DNA of 64,000 nt from the human T2T-CHM13v2.0 reference genome, Homo sapiens: assembly GCF_009914755.1 (NCBI RefSeq), contig NC_060927.1. One strand, 5' to 3'. The translations under genes and the position numbers were made by a program. Position 1 is the first letter of the stretch, and every line of letters starts with the position of its first letter. The notes beneath the pieces were generated by a model. That model saw nothing but the letters and a program-made list of their open reading frames with translations, ran no database searches and was not told where the DNA came from. Positions 1-9,764 of the stretch are shown in pieces.

Positions 1-55
1 CCGGGAGGCGGAGGTTGCAGTGAGCTGAGATCGGGCCACTGCACTCCATCTCTAA
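1..55 (+). mobile_element. Alu 3' end (runs off window), abutting NUMT ND4L
   Basis: CCGGGAGGCGGAGGTTGCAGTGAGCTGAGATCGGGCCACTGCACTCCATCTC is the Alu right-arm end, with a deletion between the two ACTCCA motifs. Confidence 0.93.
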
Positions 56-82
56 AGATAGATAGATAGATAGATGCTAGAT

Positions 83-123
<41 letters not shown>

Positions 124-180
124 ATAGATACATGATAGATAGATGATAGATAGGTACATAGATACATAGATAGACAGGTA
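56..180 (+). repeat. Compound interrupted (GATA)n tetranucleotide STR at the Alu tail
   Basis: Directly visible GATA array with GATG/TACA/TAAA interruptions. Confidence 0.95.
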
Positions 181-300
181 GAAAGAAAGTATTATGCCTT
201 CTAGGCATAGTAGGGACAATATCAGGTGGGATTGATAGACTATTACCCCGACTAAAGACATAATAAAAGCTAATATAATATTAATATAAATAGAAGGCAT
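181..300 (-). pseudogene. ND4L: NUMT ND4L 5' part
   Basis: [39 protein letters not shown] matches the ND4L N-terminus; ATG at 300-298 directly after trnR. Confidence 0.92.
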
Positions 301-367
301 TTGGTAATTATGATATATCATAATCTAAAGAATCGAAATCATTTATTTTGACTTAAACTATTCACCA
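301..367 (-). pseudogene. trnR: NUMT mt-tRNA-Arg(TCG) copy
   Basis: TGGTGAATAGTTTAAGTCAAAATAAATGATTTCGATTCTTTAGATTATGA...TTACCAA lies between ND3 and ND4L. Confidence 0.9.
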
Positions 368-713
368 ACTCAATTCATTCTAATCCTTTTTGGGTTCATT
401 TGTAGGCTAGACTGAAGATTAAAATGATAATTAATATGAGAGCTGTACTAATTATTAATTTTAGGTCAGTTGTCTGAAAAGCTCATGGTGGGAGTAGTAG
501 TAGGGTGATTTCTAGATCAAAGAGGAGAAATGTGATGGCTACTAGGAAGCACTTTATGGAAAAGGAGAGGCAGGCAGAGCCTATCAGGTCAAAGCCGCAT
601 TCATAGGGGCTGGATTTTTCTGTGTAGATATTAAGTTGTTGGAGTCAAAATGCAATTGTTACTAGTAAGAGTGTTAGTAAGGTGTCAGTTGCTAAGGCTA
701 ATGTTAGATTAAT
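368..713 (-). pseudogene. ND3: NUMT ND3
   Basis: ATT start; ...AAATCCAGCCCCTATGAATGCGGCTTTGAC... and 3' CAAAAAGGATTAGAATGA match ND3. Confidence 0.92.
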
Positions 714-779
714 AACTCTTTTTCAGGTAATGCTGAAGCTAATTGATTGGAAGTCAATTGTACTGTTATACTAAGAGTA
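714..779 (-). pseudogene. trnG: NUMT mt-tRNA-Gly(TCC) copy
   Basis: ACTCTTAGTATAACAGTACAATTGACTTCCAATCAATTAGC... lies between COX3 and ND3. Confidence 0.88.
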
Positions 780-1563
780 TGATCCTTGTTAATAGATAGA
801 AACATATAGGAATAGTCATATTACATCTACAAAGTGCCAGTATCAGACTGAGGCTTCAAATCCACAATGGCAGTTAGATGTATACTGAAATTTTAGTTGG
901 CGGAGTAGGCAGACAGTAAGAAATGTTGATCCAATAATAACGTGAAGCCTGTGAAAACCTGTGGCTATGAAGAATGTTGAGCTGTAAACTCCAGCAGAGA
1001 TAGTGAAAGGGACTTCAAAATATTCTGAGGCTTGTAGAGGTGTAAAGTAAATGCCTAGGGCAATTGTGATACACAGTGCCTGAAGTATGTATTTTTGATT
1101 ACCTTCTATTAAGCTTTGGTGAGCCCAAGTAATTGAAACCCCGGATGCAAGTAAAACAGATGTATTAAGAAAAGGGACTTCTAAGAGGCTAGGGGGAGAG
1201 ATGCTTGTTGGAGGCCAGCATCCTCCTAATTCTGGAGTGGGGGCTGGGCTAGAGTGATAGAATGCTCAGAAGAAGCTGGCGGAAAAAGAACACCTCTGAA
1301 ATAATGAGTAAGATTTTTCTGTATGAAAGGCCTTTTTGAACAGTTGATGTATGGTGGCCTTGGAATGGGCCTTCTCGGATAATATTGCATCATCATTGAT
1401 ATATTGTTAATGTATTGGTTAGTAGCCCAAAGTCAGGAAGGCAGTTGAGTTAAAATGAAATCATATGGCTAGGCCAGAAGTTATAAGTAGTGCTGAAAGG
1501 ACTCCTGTTAGTGGTCAGGGGGCTAGGGTTAACTATGTGGTAAGCCTGAGTTTGGAGGGTCAT
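780..1563 (-). pseudogene. COX3: NUMT COX3
   Basis: ATGACC...TACCACATAGTTAACCCTAGCCCCTGACC start overlaps the ATP6 TAA; COX3 3' motif GGATTTGAAGCC...TGGCACTTTGTAGATGTA. Confidence 0.93.
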
Positions 1564-2158
1564 TATGTGTTGCTGTGTAAGTAGAGGCTCACTAGGAGTG
1601 TAAAGACATAGGTATGAATGAGGGCTATGGCAAACTTGAGGATGGTTAGTAAAACTAGAATAATAAATGTAATTGAAGCTGTCGGTAGGCTAATAGTTGA
1701 TAATACTAGTGTAGCTCCTCCAATTAAATGCATTAGTAGGTGGCCAGCTGTATTGTTGGCTGTTAATCGTACAGCTAGTGCTATTGGTTGGATGAATAGG
1801 CTAAGTTTCAATGATTACCAATATAGGGATAAGTGGAATCAGTGTGCTTGTGGTAGGAAGTAGGCTACAGAAGCTTTAGTCTTAAAGCAGAAGCAGTGAC
1901 TACTACTCCAGCTCACAAAGGAATTGCTATTTCTAAGTTTATTGATAGTTGAGTAGTTGGTGTAAATGAATGGGATAGAAGTCCAAGAAGATTAGTTGAA
2001 CCAATAAAGAGAATCAGGGAAATTAACATAAGGGATCAGGTTTGTCCTTTGATATTATGCATTGATACTATTTGTTTCAATACAAGTTGGATTAATCACT
2101 GTTGAATAGAGGTCAGTCAGTCGTTGACTGAACAATTAGGGGTGGGAAATAAAATATA
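1563..2158 (-). pseudogene. ATP6: NUMT ATP6, 5'-truncated at the block junction
   Basis: [31 protein letters not shown]...[15 protein letters not shown] is the ATP6 C-terminus. Confidence 0.93.
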
Positions 2159-2494
2159 AAAATCCCAGTATTTTCTGGGCTAAAATGATTACTTTCTATT
2201 TATATCCTGACAAGGTTTTGCCCTGATACCTACATAACACTTCAGACCCCTACCCACTTTAAAGAGAGTATACTCTAGATGCTATAATTTTAAACTAATT
2301 ATAGCTTCAACTACAAATGGCTTTTTAGCTAAACCTTCAATTAGTGCAATTTTAGAAATGCTCAATTAAAAAAATCAAAAACTAGACTTTCTGGGCTAAA
2401 ATGCTCACTTTCCATTTACATCCTGACAAGTTTTTGACTTAATACTTACCAAACACTTCAGACCCCCTCCCCGAGCTCCAGTGTACTTCGCCTA
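2159..2494 (+). other. Probable NUMT control-region (D-loop) 3' domain with internal direct repeat
   Basis: Non-coding and contiguous with the trnF 5' end, as in mtDNA; ~80-bp repeat at 2172 and 2388. Confidence 0.6.
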
Positions 2495-2564
2495 GTTAAT
2501 GTAGCTTAACTACTAAAGAAAGGCACTGAAAATGCTCAGAAGATTTCATGTAACTCCATAAACA
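2495..2564 (+). pseudogene. trnF: NUMT mt-tRNA-Phe(GAA) copy
   Basis: GTTAATGTAGCTTAAC...GGCACTGAAAATGC...CCATAAACA precedes 12S. Confidence 0.92.
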
Positions 2565-2776
2565 CATAGGTTTGGTCCTGGCCTTTTTATTAGTTCTTAG
2601 TAAGATTATACATGCAAGCATCCCCGCCCCAGTGAGAATGCCCTCTAGATTATCCAAATCAAAAGGAGCAGGTATCAAGTATGCATAAGTGCAGCTCACA
2701 ACACCTAGGTCAAACACACCCCCACTGGAAACAGCAGTGATAAAAATTAAGTGATAAACGGAAGTTTGACTAAGCC
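2565..2776 (+). pseudogene. RNR1: NUMT 12S rRNA 5' fragment
   Basis: ATAGGTTTGGTCCTGGCC...CATGCAAGCATCCCC...AACAGCAGTGAT...AAGTTTGACTAAGC. Confidence 0.93.
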
Positions 2777-4487
2777 CATGTGCCTTTATCATTAGCCTCA
2801 TCCCTGCAACCATATTTATATACACAGGCCAAAAAGCTGTCTTCTCAAACTGGCACTGGATAACAATCCAAACCCTAAAACTCTCACTCAGCTTCAAACT
2901 GGACTACTTCTCTATAATATCCATTCCAGTGGCACTATTCATTACATGATCCATCAGAGAATTTTAAATGCGGTAGATACACTCAGATCCCAACGTGAAC
3001 CAATTTTTCAAGTACTTACTCATTTTTCTCATTACCATATTAATTCTGGTTACTGCCAAAAACCTTTTCCAACTTTTTATCGGGTGAGAAGCCGTATGGT
3101 TTATATCTTTCCTATTAATCAGCTGATGATATGGCCGAACAGATGCTACTATAGCAGCCTTTCGGGCAATCCTATATAACCGCATCGGTGACACTGGCTT
3201 TGGTTTAGCAATAGCATGAGTCCTCCTATTCTCCAACACATGAGAATTTCAACAAATGTTTATTTTAAATCCCAACACCAGTATCCTTCCAATAATTGGT
3301 CTTATGGCAGGGGCTGGAAAATCAGCCCAATTTGGCCTCCATCCTTGACTTCCATCAGCTATAGAAGGCCCAACACCAGTCACAGTTCTGCTCCATTCTA
3401 GCACAATAGTTGTAGCAGGGGTTTTCCTACTTACCCAATTTCACCCTTTAACAGAAACAACTTAATCATTCAAACCCTCAGATTATGCCTAGGAGCTATC
3501 ACTACACTATTTATAGCCATCTGTGCCCTGACACAAAATGATGTTTAAAAAATTGTAGCATTATCCACCTCAAGTCAATTAGGCTTTATAACATTCACAT
3601 TTGGTATTAATCAACCTCACTAAGCATTTCTTAACATTTGTACCCATGCTTTCTTCAAAGCCAAATTGTTCATATGCTCTGGATCTGTTATCCATAACTT
3701 CAGTGATGAACAGGATATCCGAAAAACAGGTGGGTTATTTAAGGCCCTACCCTTCACCTCTTCCTCACTTATTTTTTTTTTCTTCCTCACTTATTATTGG
3801 CAGCCTTGCACTCACAGGAATACCTTTCCTCATAGGTTTCTACTCCAAAGATCTCATTATCAAAACTGCAAACGTCGTGTACCAACGCATGAGTCCTTTT
3901 AATTACTCTCATTGACACCTCCCTAATAGCTGTCTACAGCACCCAAATAATTTTTTTCACACTGTTAGGACAACTTCACTTCACAACTTCAATTATCATC
4001 AACAAAAACAATCCCCTCCTAATTAATGCAATCTAACACCTGACAATTGGTAGCATTTTCGCCAGATTCTTCATCTCCAGCAACATTACTCTAACATCAA
4101 TTCCCCAAATAACTATGCCACTCCACATAAAACTTGCAGCCCTTGGTGTAAGTATTTTAGGCATTTCACTAGTAACAGAACTTAACCTCATGACTAAAAA
4201 CCTTAAACTTAAGCATCCATCACAAACATTTAATTTCTCAAACATATTAGGGTTTTATCCAATCACAATACATTGTGCAACTGCCCCCCACACTCAAATC
4301 TACATGCAAGTCAAAATCTAGCCTCCATTCTACTAGACTTAATTTGATTAGAAAAATCAATGCCAAAAACACTGCTCAAGTCCAAATTTTAGCCTCCACC
4401 ATTGAATCTACCCCGAAAGGCCTAATTAAACTCTATTTTTTCTCCTTCCTTATTCCATCTCTCCTAACTCTATTCTTAATTATTTAA
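2777..4487 (+). pseudogene. ND5: NUMT ND5, 5'-truncated and frameshifted
   Basis: AGCTTCAAACTGGACTACTTC, GGAAAATCAGCCCAATTTGGCCTCCATCC; [21 protein letters not shown] and KGLIKLYFFSFL peptides; TAA at 4485-4487. Confidence 0.95.
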
Positions 4488-4753
4488 TCTATTCCCCAGA
4501 GTAATCTCAATTGCAACATACATACTAACAAACAGAGATCAACCAGCAACTACCACCGATCAATATCCATAACTATACAAGGGAGCTACACCTATAGAAT
4601 CTTCACGTAATAACCCTACTTCCTCACCCTCAAAAATTACCCAATTTTCTATATTATTAAAATCAATTACAATTTCTACCTCATCATATTCAACTATTCA
4701 CCCAACCACCAACAATTCTAACAACAATTCTAATAGTAAAGCACCTAAGATAT
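4488..4753 (-). pseudogene. ND6: NUMT ND6 3' half
   Basis: Follows the ND5 stop as in mtDNA (CTATTCCCCAGAGTAATCTCAATTGC...ACTATACAAGGGAGCTACACC). Confidence 0.85.
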
Positions 4754-4754
4754 A

Positions 4755-4963
4755 TTATATTATTTATTCGAGGGAATGCCATGTTTGGTGCACCGATTCT
4801 CAGGGGAACTAACCAGTTGCCAAAGCCCTCATTTATGATTGGTATTAATATGAAGAAAATTATAACAAATGTGTCAGCAGTGACGATAACATTATAAATC
4901 TGATAATGTCCTGGTAGAGTTCCTGTTTGACCCAGTTCTGCTCGAATTAGGAGACTTAGGGCC
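4755..4963 (-). pseudogene. COX1: NUMT COX1 internal fragment
   Basis: [14 protein letters not shown]...QIYNVIVTA...[22 protein letters not shown]. Confidence 0.94.
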
Positions 4964-5860
4964 ATTGCCATAGCATTCCTTATGCTCATTGAACGAAAGA
5001 TCTTAGGCTATGTACAAATACGCAAAAGACCCCACACTGTAGGGACTACTTCAGCCCTTTGCAGATGCAATAAAACTTTGTATTAAAGAACGCTGTGACT
5101 TTTAGCATCCACTATTCCCCTATACGTTATTACTCCAACCCTAGCCTTATCTAATCCCCTCCTTATATGAATCCCTTTCCCCATACCATATCCTCTAACT
5201 AATCTTAACATAGGTCTCTTATTTATACTAGCCACATCAAGCCTAGCTGTCTACTCTATCTTATGACCAAGATGAGCATCCAATTCGAAATATGCACTAA
5301 TTGGTACACTATGAGCAGCAGCCCAAACAATTTCATATGAAGTTACCCTAGCTATTATCCTCCTATCAGTTCTGTTAATAAGTGGTTCATTCAATTTATC
5401 TATACTCATCCCAAGAGTTTATTCTGACTACTCCTACCATCATGACCTCTAACCATATGATTTATTTCCATGCTAGCAGAAACTAACAGAGTCCCATTTG
5501 ACTTGACAGAAGGGGAATCAGAATTCGTTCCAGGCTTTAATGTGGAATATGCTGCAGGTCCATTTGCCCTATTCTTTATGTGGTATATATAAATATTATT
5601 ATAATAAATGCCCTAAGCACTATTATCTTCCTAGGAGCATTATATGATATTCATACACCAGAACTCTATACTATAATTTTCATCACCAAAACCCTCCTTT
5701 TAACAACCTTATTTTTATGACTTCAAGAGTCATACCCTTGATTCTGTTACGATCAACTTGTACATCTTCTATGAAAAAATGTCTTAGCATTCACACTAGT
5801 GCTTTGCAGATGACACATCTCTATGCCTGTCCTAATATCTAGTACCCCACCTCGAACATA
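4964..5860 (+). pseudogene. ND1: NUMT ND1, slightly 5'-truncated
   Basis: GCATTCCTTATGCTCATTGAACGAAAGATCTTAGGCTAT; CTAGCAGAAACTAACAGAGTCCCATTTGAC; ends at trnI. Confidence 0.93.
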
Positions 5861-5929
5861 AGAAATATGTCGGACAAAAGAGTTACTTTGATAGACTAAA
5901 TTATAGAGGTTTAAGTCCTCTTATTTGTA
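5861..5929 (+). pseudogene. trnI: NUMT mt-tRNA-Ile(GAT) copy
   Basis: AGAAATATGTCGGACAAAAGAGTTACTTTGATAGA... Confidence 0.92.
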
Positions 5930-5998
5930 GAATTATAGGAATCGAACCTACCCCTGAGAATCCAAAATTCTCTGTGCTACCTAATACACCACATCCTA
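5927..5998 (-). pseudogene. trnQ: NUMT mt-tRNA-Gln(TTG) copy
   Basis: ATCGAACCTACCCCTGAGAATCCAAAATTCTC...CACCACATCCTA within the IQM cluster. Confidence 0.92.
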
Positions 5999-5999
5999 T

Positions 6000-6068
6000 A
6001 CTAAGGTCAGCTAAACAAGCTATTGGGCCCCTACCCCGAAAATGTTGCTTTTTATCCTTTCAGTACTA
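6000..6068 (+). pseudogene. trnM: NUMT mt-tRNA-Met copy (anticodon mutated CAT>CCT)
   Basis: TAAGGTCAGCTAAACAAGCTATTGGGCCCCTACCCCGAAAATGTTG. Confidence 0.9.
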
Positions 6069-6420
6069 ATTAACCCTCTAACCCAACTTATTATCTCTTT
6101 CACTATCTTTACGGGAAATCTCATTACAATATTAAGCTCACACTGACGTCTCATCTGAATAGGCCTAGAAATAAACATACTAGCCACTATCCCAATTTTA
6201 ACTTAAAAAGAAAATCCACTCCACAGAAGAAGCTACCAAATATTTCCTCACACAAGCAACTGCATCTATAATTCTCATAATAGGAATCATTTCCAATATG
6301 CTATTCTCTGGACAATGAACCATCATAAACTCAATCAATCAACTATCAACCTTGATAATAATAATGATCTTAATAATAAAACTAGAAATGTCTCCTTTTC
6401 ACTTTGGGTCCCTGAAGTAA
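6069..6420 (+). pseudogene. ND2: NUMT ND2 5' part
   Basis: ATTAACCCT start; GGCCTAGAAATAAACATACTAGC; TTTCACTTTGGGTCCCTGAAGTA. Confidence 0.9.
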
Positions 6421-6799
6421 GTTGAACTAAAATTCTGTCTTGGACAACCAGCTATCCCCAGCCTCGACAGGTTTATCACCACTACTCATGAATCCTCTCA
6501 CTATTTTGCTACATAGATTAGTGTGCTCATTTAGCTATTCTTGAGTAGCTCGTCTGGTTTTGGGGATCCTGGCTAGCGTTCTCTCTGTGAAGTCTGTTCT
6601 GGTTAATTCATTATGCAAAGGTGCAAGCGTTTGTCTTTGTTTTTTGATGCTTGGTGTGATTATTTCATCTTTCCCTTGTGGTACTATAGCTTTTGCACCA
6701 GAGTAACTACTACTATCACCTGTACTTTTGTCCCGGGTAAGTGATTTGGTTTAAGGAGATCTGGTAATACAGTTTAATAAAGTTGGGGCTAGAGTTGCC
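6419..6799 (-). pseudogene. RNR2: NUMT 16S rRNA 5' fragment
   Basis: Minus strand reads ATAGTACCACAAGGGAAAGATGAAA...CCCCAAAACCAGACGAGCTAC...GATAGCTGGTTGTCCAAGACAGAAT. Confidence 0.92.
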
Positions 6800-6867
6800 T
6801 CAAAGTGGTCAGGTGATATGAAATCTTCCGGGTGTAAGCCGGGTGCTTTAAGTTAAGCTACACTTTG
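6800..6867 (-). pseudogene. trnV: NUMT mt-tRNA-Val(TAC) copy
   Basis: CAAAGTGTAGCTTAACTTAAAGCACCCGGCTTACACCCGGAAGATTTCA...GACCACTTTGA. Confidence 0.92.
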
Positions 6868-7459
6868 GTTAGTCCAAGAGCACTTTCCAGTACGCTTACC
6901 ATGTTACAACTTATCTCCTCTATACATATGTAGGAAAATTATTGGTAATAGTGGTCTCTAGACAAGTATTTGAGAGGGCGATGGGTGGTGTGTGCATGCT
7001 TCACGGCCTCATTCAATGAAGCACTCTGTTCTTCATTTACCGCTAAATCCTCTTTGAATCTTTAGGTTTCATTATGGTTATTGTAAAATTTTCGGGAAAT
7101 AGAAAATGTAGCTCATTTCTTACCATTTCATAGGCAACACCTTGACCTAATGTTTTTATGTACATACTTGTGCTTACTCTAAGGCCTTTTTAGGGTTTGC
7201 TGAAGATGGTGGTATATAGGCTGAGTGGCGAGAGATGGCGAGGTATATCGGAGTTTACCGATTATACAACAGGCTCCTCTAGAGGGATATAAAGCACTGC
7301 CAAGTCCTTTGAGTTTTAAGCTGTTGTTTGTAGTACTCTGGCGAGTAGTTTTGTTAATTTAACTATCTGGGTTTAGGGCTAAGCATAGTGAGGTATCTAA
7401 TCCCAGTCTGGGTCTTAGCTATATGTTTTCAGGATATCAAACTCACTTTTGTAGCTTAT
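6868..7459 (-). pseudogene. RNR1: NUMT 12S rRNA 3' fragment
   Basis: Minus strand reads ACTGGGATTAGATACC, AAAACTCAAAGGACTTGGCAGTGC, GTAACATGGTAAGCGTACTGGAAAGTG. Confidence 0.95.
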
Positions 7460-7510
7460 GTAACAAGTCTTCACATGTACCTCTGAGCCTAAATAAAAGT
7501 TTTTAAAAGT
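7459..7510 (+). mobile_element. Extreme 3' end of an old L1 (L1PB/late L1PA-like) at the NUMT right junction
   Basis: ATGTAACAAGTCTTCACATGTACCTCTGAGCCTAAATAAAAGT resembles the L1 terminal ATGTAACAAACCTGCACATGTACCCCTGAACCTAAAATAAAAGT. Confidence 0.65.
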
Positions 7511-7649
7511 CTATTAAAAGTTAAGTTCTATATAAAAGAAAATCTTTGTGTTTTTAAAAAATATAAAATACTTTTTACTTAACTTTTACATTGTTAAGAA
7601 GACATAAAACTTTATTAAATAAATTAAGAAAATATTTGTTGCTGCCAGT

Positions 7650-9175
7650 TTAAAATGGCAGACTGAAAAGATGTAGTTACCTCTTCAATGTCTCTCAGTT
7701 TTATTTAACTTAGGGTAAAGACATATAATATGAGATAAATTTATAACCAAAGTACGTTTTGGAGCAGAGAGCCCATCCCTGGACCAAATATTCTGATGGC
7801 TCTTTCATAGCTAAAAGTAGAAGGAGTTATAAAGGCACATAAACTATGCAGGCAGATGAAGACATAGGTCAGAAGCTGAATAGGAACAGACGTCAGCATT
7901 GGTGGAAACTGCTCTTTCTAGAGAATCTAGAGGAGGCCGATGCTAAGAACTAGCAGGCCCAGAGAGTAAGCAATAACTAAAGAGAAGCAATCAAAGGAAA
8001 TTATTTTAAAACTGTCCACATCACGGTATCTTGGCTCCTCCCAACAGACTCCCATTGCCATGTGAATGATGTCTGACAGGTCTTGCATGTTCCCTGAGCA
8101 TAAACCAAAGAACTGTTTCCTAAAGAAATTGAATCAACTGCTTGGGAATAGCAAATGTTCCAAGTGCTAGATTTTCCATCTAAAGTTACCTTGATTTTCT
8201 CCAGGGTATCCCATGGGCAGACTGTCTGCGTGCTTCTCATCTATGTACCATCTATATACATTCAAATGAAACCTGCTGATTACCAGTAACATCACACACA
8301 AACACAAACAATACACAACACACACATATACTTCCCTCTTAGATAAAAAAAGAAATGCTTGTTAGTTTGATATACAAACATATCTAAATAGCAGCAGTGA
8401 CACTTATCCCTGCAATTTAAGTGAATCAACACTTTTTTATTCATAAAGATGAATGGAAATCCAATTATCATGAGACATTTGGGAAAATCATTGTGTAATA
8501 AAAAGTATCAAGAAGAATAAGACAAATAACTGATCCTAGAGAAAACTCAATTAATAAGGAAATAAAACATAATACACAAATAATAAATAATAATAATACA
8601 TAATAAAACATAAATAACAAGGTCTTTCCTTGTTATTTTTGCTTTCTCCAGGATCAATTATTTGGCTTATTCCCCTTGAAACTTGTCTTTGTGTGAAGAT
8701 TTTTAAGAAATAAAAGATGTATATCTTCAGTTCTCTTCTGTTCCACTTGACAAGATAATATATCCATGCAAAAGAATAGAATGCCACGAAAAACAAATAT
8801 CTAAAATGAGTTTTTGAAATTCAAAATATGATTTCTGAAATTGAAAACTCAGCAGAAAGGTTTCCTGATAAAGAAATGTCCTAGAGTACATAGCAAAAAG
8901 ACAAAGAAATAGAATATAGCAGATTTTGATTCCTAATAAATAGGAGGTTCCAAAGAAAGAACAAAGAAAATGGAGAAGCAGAAATTATGTATGAGCTCTA
9001 AATTCCTAGAGTTAAAAACAGCTATGAGACTTTATATTTAAAGGGTCACTAAGTGCCAAGCAGAATGAAATTAAAAAGACCTACACCTAGACACGTAATA
9101 ATGTAATCTAAAATATCTAGAATGAAGATAAAATATTAAGAGCTTCCAGAAAAAAAAATAGCCTATAAATAATGA
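7650..9175 (+). mobile_element. Ancient L1M 5'UTR/ORF1 remnant (appears to resume at ~14863-15200)
   Basis: A-rich decayed ORF1-like text, e.g. AAAAGACCTACACCTAGACAC, GAGCTTCCAGAAAAAAAA. Confidence 0.55.
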
Positions 9176-9764
9176 GTTTTGGTGTAGAAGATATTTTCAA
9201 TGCTCCTCTGTGCCACAGCCCCTTGCTGCAGATCTAATTTCAGAACATCTGAAAAGCACATTTCACATAAAGGGACACCTCACAGATACAGCTTCTCAAC
9301 TCAAGTGCATACTGTCTTTCCAGGAGATAATTCTGGGTGGCATTATATGTGCTTCAAAAATCCTAGCAGACTAAAGCTCCAAGCAGTGACCTCATTACCT
9401 TTCCTCCTTCCTTGTTTCACTACTCCCTTCCCTTAACCCTGTTTCTTAGAATATTATTTCAAACAGATGAACTTCACTTAAGTCTTTTTCTCAGGCATTA
9501 GTTTAGGGAAACATAAACTAAAATGTTGGTGCTCACATGCCTGGTGACAATGATGAAGGAATAATTACAGCTATGACAGCCTAACAAGAGCAAAGTAAAT
9601 TTTACTCCTAGAAAAAACAAAATCTAAAAATTAATGACAATTGGCTTTGGGTTTAAGCAATGGGCAGATGCTGGAAGAGTTTGCAGGAGACTGATAGTGA
9701 AACCTGGAAGACCTCAAGGAGGCTGTTGGAGAGGGCTTGAAGACAGTGAGGATATTATTAGAGG

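Larger units (their letters stand above)
181..7459. other. Composite, rearranged NUMT (nuclear mitochondrial DNA segment)
   Basis: Continuous similarity to mammalian mtDNA genes, with mt gene order kept within blocks; frameshifts and stops even in the mt code; flanked by nuclear Alu and L1. Confidence 0.97.

Noticed and set aside
4690-4989. 99-aa chimeric ORF spanning antisense ND1, COX1 and ND6
   Set aside because: Product of the rearrangement junctions; the ND6 part is out of frame and there is no promoter or expression evidence
181-7459. Genuine mitochondrial genome or a mito-nuclear misassembly
   Set aside because: Frameshifts and stops in the mt code, a mutated trnM anticodon, retro-insertions within genes and high divergence indicate an old nuclear copy
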